64,000 nucleotides of DNA from Eledone cirrhosa. Its lineage: Eukaryota. A program made the position numbers and the translations under genes. Below are positions 1-12,729 of the stretch, piece by piece. Below the pieces are notes generated by a model. It was not told where the DNA came from and did no database searches. It saw only the letters and a program-made list of their open reading frames with translations. Every line of letters begins with the position of its first letter. The stretch's first letter is position 1. Location of the stretch: NCBI GenBank assembly GCA_964016885.1, contig OZ024753.1, forward strand, positions 6,510,001 to 6,574,000, written 5' to 3'.

Positions 1-90
1 CTTGAGCAAGACACTTTATTTCACGTTGCTACAAATCACTCAGCAATAGAAATTAATTAGACATCAGTGGCGTGGAGCTACACCCACGTG
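1..90 (+). mobile_element. CORE-type tRNA SINE fragment (family B)
   Basis: CTTGAGCAAGACACTTTATTTCACGTTGCT core is shared with the other family B copies. Confidence 0.8.
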
Positions 91-388
91 TCTAATAAAG
101 ATGTAGGTTTCTTGGAAGGAAAAAGAAAAAAAAATATAAATTGCTGTATAGAGAAGAAGGGTTTTTGTGTCTTAAGAATATCTGCGAATGTTGCCAATAA
201 AAAAAGATATACTTCTTAGGAAGCATGTATATATTGTCAAGATGGCTTAGAACAATTTTTTAGAAGAGGTAACACTATTTGTATGTGTAGTTTAAAAGAA
301 AGCATATATCGAGTCAGTCTAGATGTGCCAGAAAACCACAGTAAATAAAACAAAATACCTCTTCACATGAAGAAAATATACCAGATGT

Positions 389-1098
389 GAGAGTTATTGA
401 CAAAGTGTGTATCTAATAAAATGTATGTGTATAGAGAGAAGGTTTAGTTTCTTAGATAGTCCTAATATACAGCAAAGAGGGTTATTGACATAAAGTGTGT
501 ATCTAATAAAATGTATGTGTATAGAGAGAAGGTTTAGTTTCTTAGATAGTCCTAATATACAGCAAAGAGGGTTATTGACATAAAGTGTGTATCTAATAAA
601 ATGTATGTGTATAGAGAGAAGGATTAGTTTCTTAGATAGTCCTAATATACAGCAAAGAGAGTTATTGACATAAAGTGTGTATCTAATAAAATGTATGTGT
701 ATAGAGAGAAGGTTTAGTTGTTTCTTAGATAGTCCTAATATACAGCAAAGAGAGTTATTGACATAAAGTGGTTATCTAATAAAATGTATGTGTATAGAGA
801 GAAGGTTTAGTTTCTTAGATAGTCCTAATATACAGCAAAGAGAGTTATTGACATAAAGTGTGTATCTTATAAAATGTATGTGTATAGAGAGAAGGTTTAG
901 TTTCTTATATTAGTCCTAATATACAGCAAAGAGAGTTATTGACATAAAGTGTGTATCTTATAAAGTGTATGTGTGTAGAGAGAAGGTATAGTTTCTTATA
1001 TTAGTCCTAATATACAGCAAAGAGAGTTATTGACATAAAGTGTGTATCTTATAAAGTGTATGTGTGTAGAGAGAAGGTTTAGTTTCTTATATTAGTCC
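389..1098. repeat. Tandem satellite, ~90-bp unit, ~8 copies
   Basis: GTTATTGACATAAAGTGTGTATC recurs at 481, 571, 661 and onward; later units share new variants (TCTTATA, TATTAG). Confidence 0.95.
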
Positions 1099-1929
1099 TT
1101 GTGTACAGGGAAGAAAATATTACATACCTCTTTACATGAGAAAAATATCCAAAATGGTTTTCTTTCAAACAACCGGAAGTCAATTGAAAAAAAAATTGAA
1201 GAGTTACATAAAGGGAGATAACTCTAATAACATTTTTGAGCAAAAGGGGGCAAGACGGATTCTTCGCGTGGTCCGGGACGCAGGCCAGCATGCAAATAGT
1301 CCCAGCCGCCGTAGCCATGTGCACACCACAACGATTCGATCTTCCGACATATAGAATGGTCACGCATACATACGTATGCGACGAAGTCCGAGCCGCTGCG
1401 CGCACCGCCACGCCAACCCGCCATTCTACTGAGCACATTAATCATACTTATAGGTAAAATTGTATTTATTTAAAAAATATATATATAGAAACGGAAAGAA
1501 AGGGAAGTAACACGTCTCAAATTATATTTCGTGTGTTATCTCACTCTCATTCCGTTTCTATATATAAATTAATTGTGAACATATATACGGAACAATTTTT
1601 ATGGAAATAAATATACTTCTATCAAGCTGGTAACATATATTACAGGTAGATCTGTTTCTGGAAATAAGATGCAAACCTTATATTTTAGTAATTAGAATTT
1701 CATATACCTATTTTGGTAATTAGAATTTGATTACGAATGTGTGTATAAGCTGAATCGCCTAGCGTACACATGCTGTGTGTGTATATATATACAGGCGTGA
1801 ATATATGAGTATGTATATATATATATCTGTGTGCATGTAGATATATATATATACTTATGCACATATATAAATGTGTATATATACGTGTATATTGAGGGCA
1901 GCAGGGATACAAGTGCCAAAACGTATATA

Positions 1930-2790
1930 TGAGTCAAAACTGCAAAGTTTAGAAATGCACTTGACAGCGTCGTCTTTGGTGGAAATTGGGAAGTGTATAG
2001 TGTTGGGGCTGATGAACTTTATATTAAGAAGGCAAAACACAGAGACTGATTCGCTGACAAGAATAAGCTTTATCAGAAGTACCTTGTTGCAGAGGGTCCT
2101 TGTTGCTGAAGTTTCAGCAAGATGCAGCAGTCCACTAATAATTTCCTCATCAACTACAGATAATTTGAGATGCAGACGGCTTAAATCGAAGGCATTATAC
2201 AGCACAATAAGGTCCACAACCCTCAAAAATATATATTATTTAAGATGGGAACCTCCTCATCAAAGATCCATCAGGTATCAGGAGTAGGTGGATTGAACAC
2301 TCTAAAGATCTGTTTGACAACTCATCTGTAGTTGATGAGGAAATTATTAAGGGACTGCCACAAAGCGAGACTGTAACAGAGATGATGAATGATCCAACCT
2401 TTGATGAGATAAGGTTTACTATCAAAGAGATAAACATCGGGATATCTCCAATTTGGGATAGCATACCTGTTGAGCTGATTCGCTTTAGAGGAAACAATGT
2501 TACTATGGCCATTCATGGGCTAGTCTTATCTGTATGGCATGGTGAGCCTCTCCCGCGAGACTGGGTAGATGCAATTTTGCTCTCGATTTTCAAGGGCTCC
2601 AAGTCCGAATGTGGTGATTATCGTGGTATAAGTCTGCTCAAATCGGTAGGAAAATCGTATCCAAGGTTTTGCTGAATCGTCTAATAAAATGGTTCTGCCC
2701 AGAGACACAGTATGAATGCAGTACTGGGTGGGGTACTATGGACATGATTTTCTCAGTCAGGCAGCTTATGGAGAAGTGTACTGAGCAGTA
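1930..2790 (+). pseudogene. Decayed RTE-clade (BovB-like) LINE, linker plus N-terminal reverse transcriptase
   Basis: Translation ...PTFDEIRFTIKEINIG..DSIPVELIR..LPRDWVDAILLSIFKGSKSECGDYRGISLL.. then ..TMDMIFSVRQLMEKCTEQ, matching RTE RT motifs; contains frameshifts and stops. Confidence 0.9.
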
Positions 2791-2942
2791 GAGTTACCCG
2801 AAGTACACATGTGCAAAAAAAGTAGACATCAATGCGCAAAGTATTTATGTGAAGACATCCTGTGTTCGATTCTCAGCTCTGGCTTTGCGGTGTGTTCTTG
2901 AGCAAGACACTTTATTTTACGAGGTTCCAAATCACTGAGCAA

Positions 2943-3443
2943 GATGCAGAGGGCTTATAATTGAAGAGACTTGAAGGCATTATACAGCACAATAAGGCAG
3001 ATATTGGGTCCACAACCCTAAAAAAAAAATATTTATTTAAGATGGGAACCTCCTCATCAAAGATCCATCAGGTATCATGAGTAGGTGGATTGAACACACT
3101 AAAGATCTGTTTGACAACTCATCTGTAGTTGATGAGGAAATTATTAATTGTTTCTACTTTAGGCACAAGGCCAGCAACTACCCAGTGCCTCACTGGTACT
3201 TTATTTTATCGACCCCGTAAGGATGAAAGGCAAAGTCAACCTCGGCGGGATTTGAACTCAGATCGTAAAGGGACGTAACTATGCTAGAAAGCATGGCGTC
3301 CGACCCTCTACCAATCCACCGCCGTTGATGAGGAAATTATTAATGGACTGCTGCCAAAGGAGACTGTAACAGAGTGATGAATGATCCAACCGTTGATGAG
3401 ATAAGGTTAACGATCAAAGAGATAAACATCGGGAAATCTCCAG
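2943..3443 (+). mobile_element. Second copy of RTE segment 2167-2450, interrupted by a SINE
   Basis: Near-identical to 2167-2450 apart from the SINE at 3148-3323. Confidence 0.85.
3148..3323 (-). mobile_element. Full-length tRNA-derived SINE family A with ~20-bp target-site duplication
   Basis: Minus strand shows an A-box-like TGGATTGG..., B box GAGTTCAAATCC and body GCCTTTCATCCTTACGGGGTCGATAAAATAAAGTACCAG; GTTGATGAGGAAATTATTAA flanks both sides. Confidence 0.92.
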
Positions 3444-3885
3444 TAAATGGTTCTATGTTACGTAGGTTAATAGTTAAAGCGATAACGATCTAATTAAAGC
3501 TGATCAACAGCTAATATTTGATAACGATGATGAAATCTAAAAAACCAATTCGTTCAAAACTTTAGTTTTATGACCAAAATGAGAGGGGGGTAACATCTAC
3601 CCTGACCAAAGACGACAGATCTCAAAAGATTCTGGTTAATATTAATAACCAGAATATAACAATCAACATCATGTGTGACTGCAGCAAGTCCTCCAAAACG
3701 AATTTACAACAAAACACGAGGATATCAGGAAGGGAACTAGAAATGTATTATTTACTGACTTAAATAATAATAAACAAAATACGCTATTTCGTATTGCAGA
3801 AACTAAACAAACCTACCGTTTAAATAATTATTGCTGACATTATGGAGGGAAATCAACATAGAATGTTTCAATAAAACTTTACTTT

Positions 3886-4030
3886 ACCTGCGTAAAAATG
3901 TTAAAAATCCAATTTTTTTTATCCGCGTGGAAAACATGAAGTTCTTCAAGCAGCCACCATATTTTTCTAAACAGAGTTACCTAAGTACGCATGTGCCGAA
4001 AATGTAGACAGCAACGCGCATGCGCAAAGT
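3886..4030 (-). promoter_or_regulatory. Candidate promoter and first exon of a leftward transcript
   Basis: NRF1-type GCGCATGCGC at 4016-4025, YY1-like AAATATGGTGGCTG on the minus strand (~3951-3964), and CAG|GTAAAG donor at 3888/3887. Confidence 0.4.
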
Positions 4031-4044
4031 GTTAATGTAAAGTC

Positions 4045-4165
4045 TTTGGCTTTACAATTGTGAGTTCGATTCTCAGACCGGTCTTGAGCGAGACACTTTA
4101 TTTCACGTTGCTCCATATCACTCAGCAGTAGAAATTAGACATCAGTGGCGTGGAGCTACACCCAC
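4045..4165 (+). mobile_element. CORE-type SINE family B (another partial copy at 2860-2940)
   Basis: B box GAGTTCGATTCTC followed by CTTGAGCGAGACACTTTATTTCACGTTGCTCC. Confidence 0.8.
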
Positions 4166-4414
4166 TGTTGGCAACAAAATGTTTCTCTCTACGTAGAAGA
4201 GGGCACGTGTGCGAGAAATGAAACTTCGTTGAGTGTGAAAGAAATAGAGAAGATAAAAATGTAGCTGTCTATAGAGGTTTCGTTTTGTTTCTTGGAAGAA
4301 AAAAGGAAATGTATTTTCCTGTATATAGAAGGTTTATATATTTTTCTTAGTAGAAATAATATAGCTTTATATGTATGTCTCTACAAATCGAAAAATCACT
4401 GTCTGTTTACTTGA

Positions 4415-4690
4415 ATCAAAACCTCACAGCCCCTCGATTACAAACCAAACCCCGCCAGGTAAAAATGAAACCTCGATATTAAACGAAATATCACTGTGCA
4501 TCGACCTAAACTAATTGCCACTGACCTTCGACCAATAACGAAACCTTACCGTCCTTCGACCGAAAACTAAACCTCCGCGTTCGTCAAACAAAAATTAAAA
4601 CTCGCCGTCGTCAACAAGAATCGAAACCTCGCCGTCCATTGACAAAAAAAGGAATCTTGTCATTCGTTGCCCGCTGCCCGTCGACCAATA
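4415..4690. repeat. Degenerate ~29-bp CpG-rich tandem repeat
   Basis: Recurrent AAACCTCGCCGTC(C)TCGAC(A)n-like units. Confidence 0.6.
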
Positions 4691-5656
4691 TGATAGAAAC
4701 AACACCAACATATACACTGTACATAGCTAAGACGTATATAGCTGCGCTCGGTATTTCAGTCATAATGCGCAAAATATTAATGATGATAATAATAATAACA
4801 ATGCAGTTTAACTTCAGGGGTATTTATCATGTTGAACTTATCAAAGGAAATTTCACCTTAATTTATTTTGCAACCCCCGGTTACTTCTGTCCAAGGGAAT
4901 AGAAAAGACAACCGTATTTTGTGATCTATGCAATTTACTAACACAAAACATGAACCTTTGAACTATATAATGTTTTGTAGTATAGCTTTGCTGAACATCG
5001 GATAACAGAAATAAAATAGTATGATACTAATAGCAATCAATCTAGTAATATTTTTTTGCTTCTTATTTTCCATCTTCGCAAGAAAAGCAGACTACATTTA
5101 AAGAAGTACGTCAAGTTATTATAACAAATAAATGCTTCTCTCATGAGAGATTTGAGGAAATAAGGTATTGTTTATCAGGGTGTAAATGTTAAAATGGGTG
5201 CTTTTATAGCAAATAGTCGATGTTTCATGTTTCTATAATAAAATAAGGTTGAGATTCACATTAAGATAACGGATGCAACAGTGTGGAACGATATGCATTT
5301 ACCGATAATCAAGTCAGCGTTTTATTGCCTATGTAGAAAACCTCAAACACTTCCACATGATATCTTACTCGTTATCTGAATAACTGCTTTAAGTATTTCG
5401 TTCTAATACCAGCGCAGTTAAAGAAACGGAAAGGCAGGGCCACGTATATCAGCCAGCGATATGTTATGTTTCTCAGTTATAAGCCTCCTTATTTTCATAG
5501 GGTGATAATATCTTATGTAGGAACATAATAACCAAATGAGTCCTTGCTAAACAGAATCTAAAAGCTTTTGCGTCATAGAACCATTTAAAAGACTGCATTT
5601 TTCTTTACATACGAGGATTACAGAGAGTATTCAATACATCGATGGAAATATATATT

Positions 5657-5807
5657 GGGCATGCCTCGGATGACGAATAACGTCTGTGGTTACTGGGCAT
5701 GCCTCGGATGACGAGTAACGTCTGTGGTTACTGGGCATGCCTCGGATGACGAGTAACGTCTGTGGTTACTGGGCATACCTCGGATGACGAGTAACGTCTG
5801 TGGTTAC
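5657..5807. repeat. 38-bp tandem repeat, 4 copies
   Basis: TGGGCATGCCTCGGATGACGAGTAACGTCTGTGGTTAC x4. Confidence 0.95.
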
Positions 5808-5901
5808 ATTTTACCTAAAATTTGAGTTCAATTATGCTTTTTATCAAAAGGGAACAGGATTAAGGGTATACACCATTCTGGAATACTAACTCACTAATCT
5901 A

Positions 5902-6698
5902 CAGGGTGGGCCGAAAGTCTTGTCACATAATGTTTTTAACTTGCATTATATTTTGTTTTAATTTGCGCAGTGGATTGGCAGTATCGGTAGAGGGTCGGAC
6001 GCCATGCTTTCCAGCATAGTTAAGTCCCTTTACGATCTGAGTTCAAATCCCGCCGAGGTTGACTTTGCCTTTCATCCTTACGGGGCCGATGAAATAAAGT
6101 ACCAGTAATGCACTGGGATAATTGCTGGCCTTGTGCCTAAAGTAGAAACAATTATATTTTGTTTTAATAATGGGCGGTGGATTGGAAGTATCGGCAGAGG
6201 GTCGGACGCCATGCTTTGCAGCAAAGAGTTACGGTCTGCATTCAAATCCCGTTGAGGTTACTTTTGGCCTTTCATCCTTACGGGGTCGATAAAATAAAGT
6301 ACCAGTATTGTACTGGATAATTGCTGGTCTTGTGCCAAATGTAGAAACAATTATATTTTGTTTGAATAATTTAATATCATTAACTTTGCCTTTCATCCTT
6401 CCGGGGTCGATAGAATAAAGTACCAGTAATGCATTGGGTAATTGCTGGCCTTGTGCCAAAAGTAGAAACAATTAATTATAATAATAATATAATTTTCTAT
6501 TTCAGAGCTCCTCCAGTTTGGAAGTGTATGGACCCATGATCTTGTCTATTCTGGCAAGAGCATGGAGGATGTACGACATGACTTCACTGCAAGATTCAGC
6601 AAACCAGCTCCTCCGAAGAGGACGATACTGCGATGGGAACATAAACTGTTTTTTATTACTTTTTGGTAGGGGGTGACAAGACTGTCGGACCACCGCCG
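5902..6698 (+). mobile_element. Internally deleted Tc1/mariner-superfamily element carrying three nested SINEs
   Basis: Left end TA|CAGGGTGGGCCGAAAGTCTTGTCAC, right end GTGACAAGACTGTCGGACCACCGCCG|TA; 6505-6655 translates to SVWTHDLVYSGKSMEDVRHDFTARFSKPAPPKRTILRWEHKLF, resembling a mariner-like N-terminal HTH. Confidence 0.8.
5966..6475 (+). mobile_element. Three head-to-tail SINE A copies (5966-6152, 6172-6352, 6380-6475)
   Basis: Family A consensus; separated by repeated ATTATATTTTGTTT(T/G)AAT target duplications. Confidence 0.9.
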
Positions 6699-6921
6699 TA
6701 TATTGATGCTTCCTAGAATGATAACTTTATTCTTGAAACCGGGAAGGGAAAAATATTGAATTGAATTCGTAACAAAATATCACATGCCTTTATTTCCCAA
6801 ATATCTATTGAGTTTTCTAATAATGCCTCACTTTGGCACCGTCACCTATTTTATTTCTCGCCCTGGGACAGCTGATACATAAATGTAAGTCTGCACACGT
6901 ACAAATATATATATATATATA

Positions 6922-7364
6922 TGGGGGAGGTTATAGTTCACTTGAAGCATTGTGTAATGAGGTATAAACGTTAGAATATGTGTAATAAGGCCAAGACAAT
7001 GCAGATATGGACATAGAAAAAGAATGCAATAGTGAGAGATATTGGTGAGAATTAGTCTTTCACCTTGAATTTATTTAAATGTCCTTAATTTTCGAGATAA
7101 TATCTCTTCTTCGGAGGGAAGTAAAAGTCTCAGACCAGCGTCTAAATTTCCAATGAAGCCATGCATGGCTTCATTGGAAATTTAGACGCTGGTCTGAGAC
7201 TTTTACTTCCCTCCGAAGAAGAGATATTATCTCGAAAATTAAGGACATTTAAATAAATTCAAGGTGAAAGACTAATTCTCACCAATATCTCTCACTATTG
7301 CATTCTTTTTCTATGTCCATATCTGCATTGTCTTGGCCTTATTACACATATTCTAACGTTTATA
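6922..7364 (-). mobile_element. Penelope-like (PLE) remnant: perfect 402-bp palindrome with a hammerhead-like motif in each arm
   Basis: 6963-7163 is the reverse complement of 7164-7364 (centre ATG|CAT); CCGAAGA-a-GAGAT/ATCTC-GAAA-ATTA at 7213-7241; (TA)n on both flanks. Confidence 0.7.
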
Positions 7365-7460
7365 TATATATATATATATATACGGCACAGCTTTAATCTA
7401 CAAACGAATCGGATATTATTATTAATATTCGATATGACCCATATATATATATATGTGTAA

Positions 7461-7692
7461 TAGGAAAAGAGTCAGGGCTCCGACGGGTGAGCTCCGGCCG
7501 TTTCGTCGGGGCCCTGACACCTTTCCTATTACCCACTCTACTACCCTATGTATCTAGTACTCTGGTGCGTTAAGGTCTACACGGTTCTTACCAGACTTTC
7601 TTTGTTATATATGTGTGTGTGTATATATATATATATATGAAAAGAGTCAAGACCCGACGGCTGAGCTCCGGCCGTTTCGACAGCTAGATCTG
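7461..7692 (+). mobile_element. Two fragments of the hairpin/hammerhead-half PLE-like family (GAAACGGC..GCCGTC)
   Basis: Shares the 3' end CCCACTCTACTACC..TCTGGTGCGTTA..CTTACCA..TTTGTTATA with 41500-41728 and 58129-58296; flanked by (TA)n. Confidence 0.7.
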
Positions 7693-8421
7693 TGTGTATG
7701 TGTATGTGTGTATAATTACTGTTATTTACATTTCTTATGAAATTATAGCATATTTCTTTTATCCATTGAAACCGACTGATTGACTTTCTTTCCTCAATAC
7801 CCACAACACTCACTGGCCCATGAATTAGCTGTAACTGCCATTGTTATGGGTAACACTAAATAATCTCCTGTTCACATTTTCTTCACCCATAATGTCTTCT
7901 TTCATTGAACATAAAGTCAAACATTTTCTCACTATAATCTGTTTTCCTGTAGGGGTTGATGTGCAGCTGATCCCTTACTTCAAGTGCATTCATATTGTTG
8001 GTTTGGATACTAGGTCCTAAAGAAAGCCATTCGTAAATAGAATCTAAATGAATTGCTATGTATAATAACGATTCCTGATTTAGCCACAAATCCAACAATT
8101 TATGGAAAATGGCACCTCATCTCCTCTGCGAGGTGCAATTAGGCAAGGTCGGTTTTTATTACCTCATCCCGGTCTTCCTTGGTCTCCCCACTCCAATGCT
8201 TCCAACGATATATCTTCAGAATAAACTTGGCTCTAAACTAATCAAACGTTTTATTCCGAAGAATTATATTCTATCACGCCATTCTCTTTTGGAATGGACG
8301 AGACATGCACGATGCATTGCAGCAGCCTATTTCTTGCAGTTTCTCATTTCATTACCAGCGTTGAGAACATCATTTCAAGTTTCATGTGTGACACATTTCT
8401 TTTTATATTTATCATGTATGG

Positions 8422-8605
8422 CAGGCATGTCAAACACGCGGCTCTTTACAAGTAAACCTGCGACCCGCACAAAGGTTTTTTACAGCGCGAGCATGTTTTA
8501 TCTTCGTTATATAACATTTTTAAAATGTAGTTGTTGTATGTGGCCCTGAGGCAATACATATGTGACCCACTTAGCCCTCGGGGGACCCTCAGTTTGACAT
8601 GCCTC
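8422..8605. mobile_element. hAT (Charlie-like) MITE
   Basis: TIRs CAGGCATGTCAAAC / GTTTGACATGCCTC; 8-bp TSD ATGTATGG / ATGTAAGG. Confidence 0.88.
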
Positions 8606-8885
8606 ATGTAAGGCATTCATTTTTCATATTAATTAACCTTATCTGTGTTAATATAAATTATACTGTGTTAATATAAATTATTTATTCACTTTCCACGTTT
8701 AATAATCATTTTTTTTAATACTGAGATTTCATATTCACTAAGCAACATATAAATACGAACAGAGAATTTTGTAAATCAAATAACCAATTCTGTGGATCGC
8801 GTGAAGCAAGTGTGCGAATCAATTTTGACCTCTGGATTATATTTTCGTACACCTTGTCTATGCAGTAAGGTATGACATTTACTAA

Positions 8886-9193
8886 AGGGTCATTCCATAT
8901 GAAATCACCCAATCTCCCAGGTCACCCCGCAGATCCCACTGTAAAAATTCATACTAGCTCCTGTACCTATATGATGGAAAAATATCAAGTATTAGACACT
9001 ATCTTTAATAGTTTTGAAATTGTAGGCCTTTATAATATTAATTAATTTTACAGTTTCAAAATTATCAAATATATTGACCTAATACTTGATATTTTCACAT
9101 CATATAGGTACAGGGGCTAGTATGCATTCTTTTCAAGGGTATCTGAGGGGGGTGACCTGGGACCCTCTGGGTGATTTGACATGGAATGACCCT
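8886..9193. mobile_element. Foldback MITE with ~140-bp imperfect TIRs (PIF/Harbinger-like)
   Basis: AGGGTCATTCCAT... / ...ATGGAATGACCCT with internal symmetry (CCTGTACCTATATGATG / CATCATATAGGTACAGG); TAA on both flanks. Confidence 0.8.
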
Positions 9194-9269
9194 TAAGACA
9201 TCATATAAAATTGATGTTTCATATCAACCCTTGTTAAACTGGATTTCGTTTCGGTCTTGTATCTCATTG

Positions 9270-9318
<49 letters not shown>

Positions 9319-10402
9319 CTTGCTTGTAATGTAACGATCTTTCTCACATTTAAACTGAACATGTGGGGATTAGAGCGAAATACATCAACAACTCAACTTT
9401 CTGATCAACCACTTCTAAATTATGAAACATACCAGCTCTGTCAAACTGAATAATTATTTTCTGAACAAAAATATTCAATGTGTTTTGAAACTAATTTCCT
9501 ATTTCTCCGGTAGGAATCTGTCAAGAGAATTATATGCCAATTCTTAAAGGGTAGACAATGCAAAAGAGTATAATACAGCAGTCAGCTTAAATTAAATTAT
9601 CAACTCTAACAAATCAGGAAAGTGTGTAAATTCCTTGAACATCGCAAGACGTGCCACCGTTGGAGAGCGTCAAATCTATAAAGATAGTTAACTTGTTGAA
9701 GCAAAACTAACAAAAACAAACACGGAATATATAACACAAAGGAAAATCTAAAAATGCTTCCTCACACCCAACAATGAAACCGTGATAAATAGTTGATGTT
9801 AAAACATTTAAATGATACCAATGAATTAGAAAATCTTTGAAAAATAAACGATGTTTTGAATCAAGACGAAAACAAAATAAAATCATGATCGTGGAAAACG
9901 ATAAAATAAACAATGTAAACATTATTTCTTTTATATTCATTAAGTTAACGCCTTTTTTATAATTCGAATGTGTGCATGGCATGGCTAATTTGACTTGTAA
10001 AAATGATAAAGTGTTACTGCTGTGCAAAAGCATCTTTATGCTACAAATTAGCATATTTCGTGTTAATAGTAAAGAATAGAAAATAAATGAGTAAAATATA
10101 TACAAACCTAGAGAAAAATATAAAGCGGAAAATACTTGTAATAAGTTAAATTAATGTTCATTTATAACGAAAGGAGATTTAGAATTAATAGTCTCTTTTT
10201 CCCATTTTAATGCAGTGGCATTATTTGTCTCATTAAGAAGTCAGTGAGTTAACAAATGCGCTACAAAATTCCCAGAGCTTCCTTTCGGTCACAAACTCTA
10301 TACGTTCACATATCGATGGAATTTCAGTATCGTCTTTAAAAGAAAGACAAAATATAATATAGAACAGTCCTATATATAAATTCCATATATGAATAAAGTT
10401 AA

Positions 10403-10610
10403 CCCTTTAGCATTTACATTATTCTATATTTACTATTATATTTTCACTGTAAACACTTTATCTCACATAATATCAAATCTATGAGATTTTGATGTTATTT
10501 ATTTTGAGAATAATAGAATAACATTGGTATGAGTGGCTGGTTATGACCAGTTTAAACAGAAATAGATGAGAAAATTCTGGCCGGATATGGCCGGTTTAAA
10601 TGCTAAAAGG
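10403..10610. mobile_element. piggyBac-type MITE (TTAA target)
   Basis: TTAA|CCCTTTAGCATTTA ... TAAATGCTAAAAGG|TTAA; partial sister copy at ~11085-11238. Confidence 0.85.
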
Positions 10611-10935
10611 TTAAGGCAAGTGACTGAGTGTTTACAGAATTGGATTCGCAATAGTGAAGTTGTGATTTCTATTCGAGACCAGGCCATAAGAAAGACTTAT
10701 TTCACGTTGCTCATTCTGCCTGGATTTGCGACAGACAGATATTGTTAGCAATTGGAAAGACCAACGGAAACACTGTTTCCTCGGTCCGATTTGATTAGCT
10801 CCACTCCACTCGTTAAGCGAATGAGGTTTGAGATCTTTTCAATCGAATGTCGACTATCGATATGAATAATAATAAGTAATATAACGTCTCTAACTTCATT
10901 AGTGATTGATCGACATTAATCAATATTTACTATGT

Positions 10936-12184
10936 ATGATCTGAGTTCAAATCCCGCCGAGGTTAACTTTGCCTTTCATCCTTCCGGGGTAGATAACATA
11001 AAGTACCAGTAATGCACTGGTTAATTGCTGGCCTTGTGCCAAAAGTTGAAACAATTAATCAATATTTACTATCATATTTTCATGATAAAGTTTTTACCTC
11101 ACATTATATCGAGTCTATTTAGATGTTGATATTATTTATTCTGAGAACAATACCTTACCATTAAATATGAACAGCCAGTTACAGCTGATTTGAACAGAAA
11201 GGGGTGAGAGAAATCTGGCCAGTTTAAATGCTAAAGGGTTAAACTGACCAGTGGTTACACAGCTCCAGTTCCAATATAAACAACTACACCAGAAAAAAGC
11301 AACACGAGAAGCAGTTAAGAATTTATCCTGTTTGAGATTTGCCAAAGCAAACAGTTGAAATGGATATCAATGTACTTCAGCTTGAGTAAATATTCAGTAG
11401 AAAGACACAATATTTTACATCAAAGTAAACAGACATATTGTTTCTACTTTTGGCACAAGGCCAGCATTTAAAACCAGTGCATTACTGGTACTTTATTTTA
11501 TCGACCCCGAAAGGATGAAACACAAAGTTAAACTTGGAACATAAAGGGCCATAGCTCAATGCTTGGCAGTATCTGCCAAGCATATTGTCTAAGTCTAAAG
11601 TCTGTCTCAAACCTAGATGATCATCAGGCCAGTGCTTATCCCAATTTCCATGGCATTAACGGCCTAAAAGTACAAGGCTTCCCCCTGGATATGATGCCAA
11701 ACCATCACAGGGCTAAACTCATTTTCAGTTTAGTATACTGAAGCAATAAGAAATGAAATGTTTTGCTCAAGAACACAACAAACAACCCAGTCCAGGAATT
11801 GAACCCATAATTTATTATCATAAGTCCAACAGCTTTACCTTTAAGCCACATGCAAGAATAGTGACACAGTGTCTATTCAAGTGAAGGCTGTTTATATTCA
11901 ATTAAGGGAAAATAATGAAGACAAAAAAACATAATTTCTGATTGAGTCATACTGCTGATTCATGGTTATCTCCTGTATAGAAAGAATTTGGTTAAATTAT
12001 ATTATAGCTAGAGAATTATAATTATGACTAATAATTGTTTCATTTTTGGCACAAGGCCAGCAATTATCCCAGTGTATTACTGGTACTATATTTTATCGAC
12101 CCCCGTAAGGATGAAAGGCAAAGTTAACCTCGGCGGGATTTGAACTCATATCATAAAGGGCCGCTACAATACTGCCAATCCACC
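10936..12184. mobile_element. SINE cluster: A 10936-11056 (+), A 11438-11580 (-), B 11690-11850 (-), A 12034-12184 (-)
   Basis: Matches to family A and B consensus motifs. Confidence 0.8.
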
Positions 12185-12319
12185 ATAATTATGACTAATA
12201 ATGAATTAAGATTTCTCCACTAATAATGTGTTAATAGACTCAAAGAGAAGTATACAGAGGCACATATACATGAGTGTGTGAGTAGATGTGGCGGTGTTCA
12301 TGTGTGTGCCATAACAGAT

Positions 12320-12355
12320 GGAAAGAGAGAGAGAGAGAGAGTGTTGGTGTGAGAA

Positions 12356-12388
<33 letters not shown>

Positions 12389-12648
12389 TAAATTGGAGAT
12401 GGATAGGTAACTGGGGAGAGAGGATGGGTGTGAGAAATATATATATATAGAGAGAGAGAGAATTTGGAGATAGATAGATAAATGGGAGAGAGAGAGTGTG
12501 ATTGATAAATATATATATATATATATATATAAAGAGAAATTGGAGATAGATAGATAGGGAGAGAGAAAGAGAGGGTGGGTTTGAGAAATAGATATATATA
12601 TATAGAGAGAGATAAATGGGAGAGAGAGAGTGTGTGAGTGAGAAATAG

Positions 12649-12682
<34 letters not shown>

Positions 12683-12693
12683 TGTGTGAGAGA

Positions 12694-12729
<36 letters not shown>

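Noticed and set aside
5657-5807. CRISPR-like or hammerhead-like 38-bp repeats
   Set aside because: No unique spacers; CGGATGA..GTAACGTC lacks stem II and GAAA.
7812-8020. Possible minus-strand exon (TTTAG acceptor, GTGAGT donor)
   Set aside because: All three frames contain stops and no protein similarity is recognisable.
9514-9700. Possible plus-strand exon
   Set aside because: Early stops in every frame.
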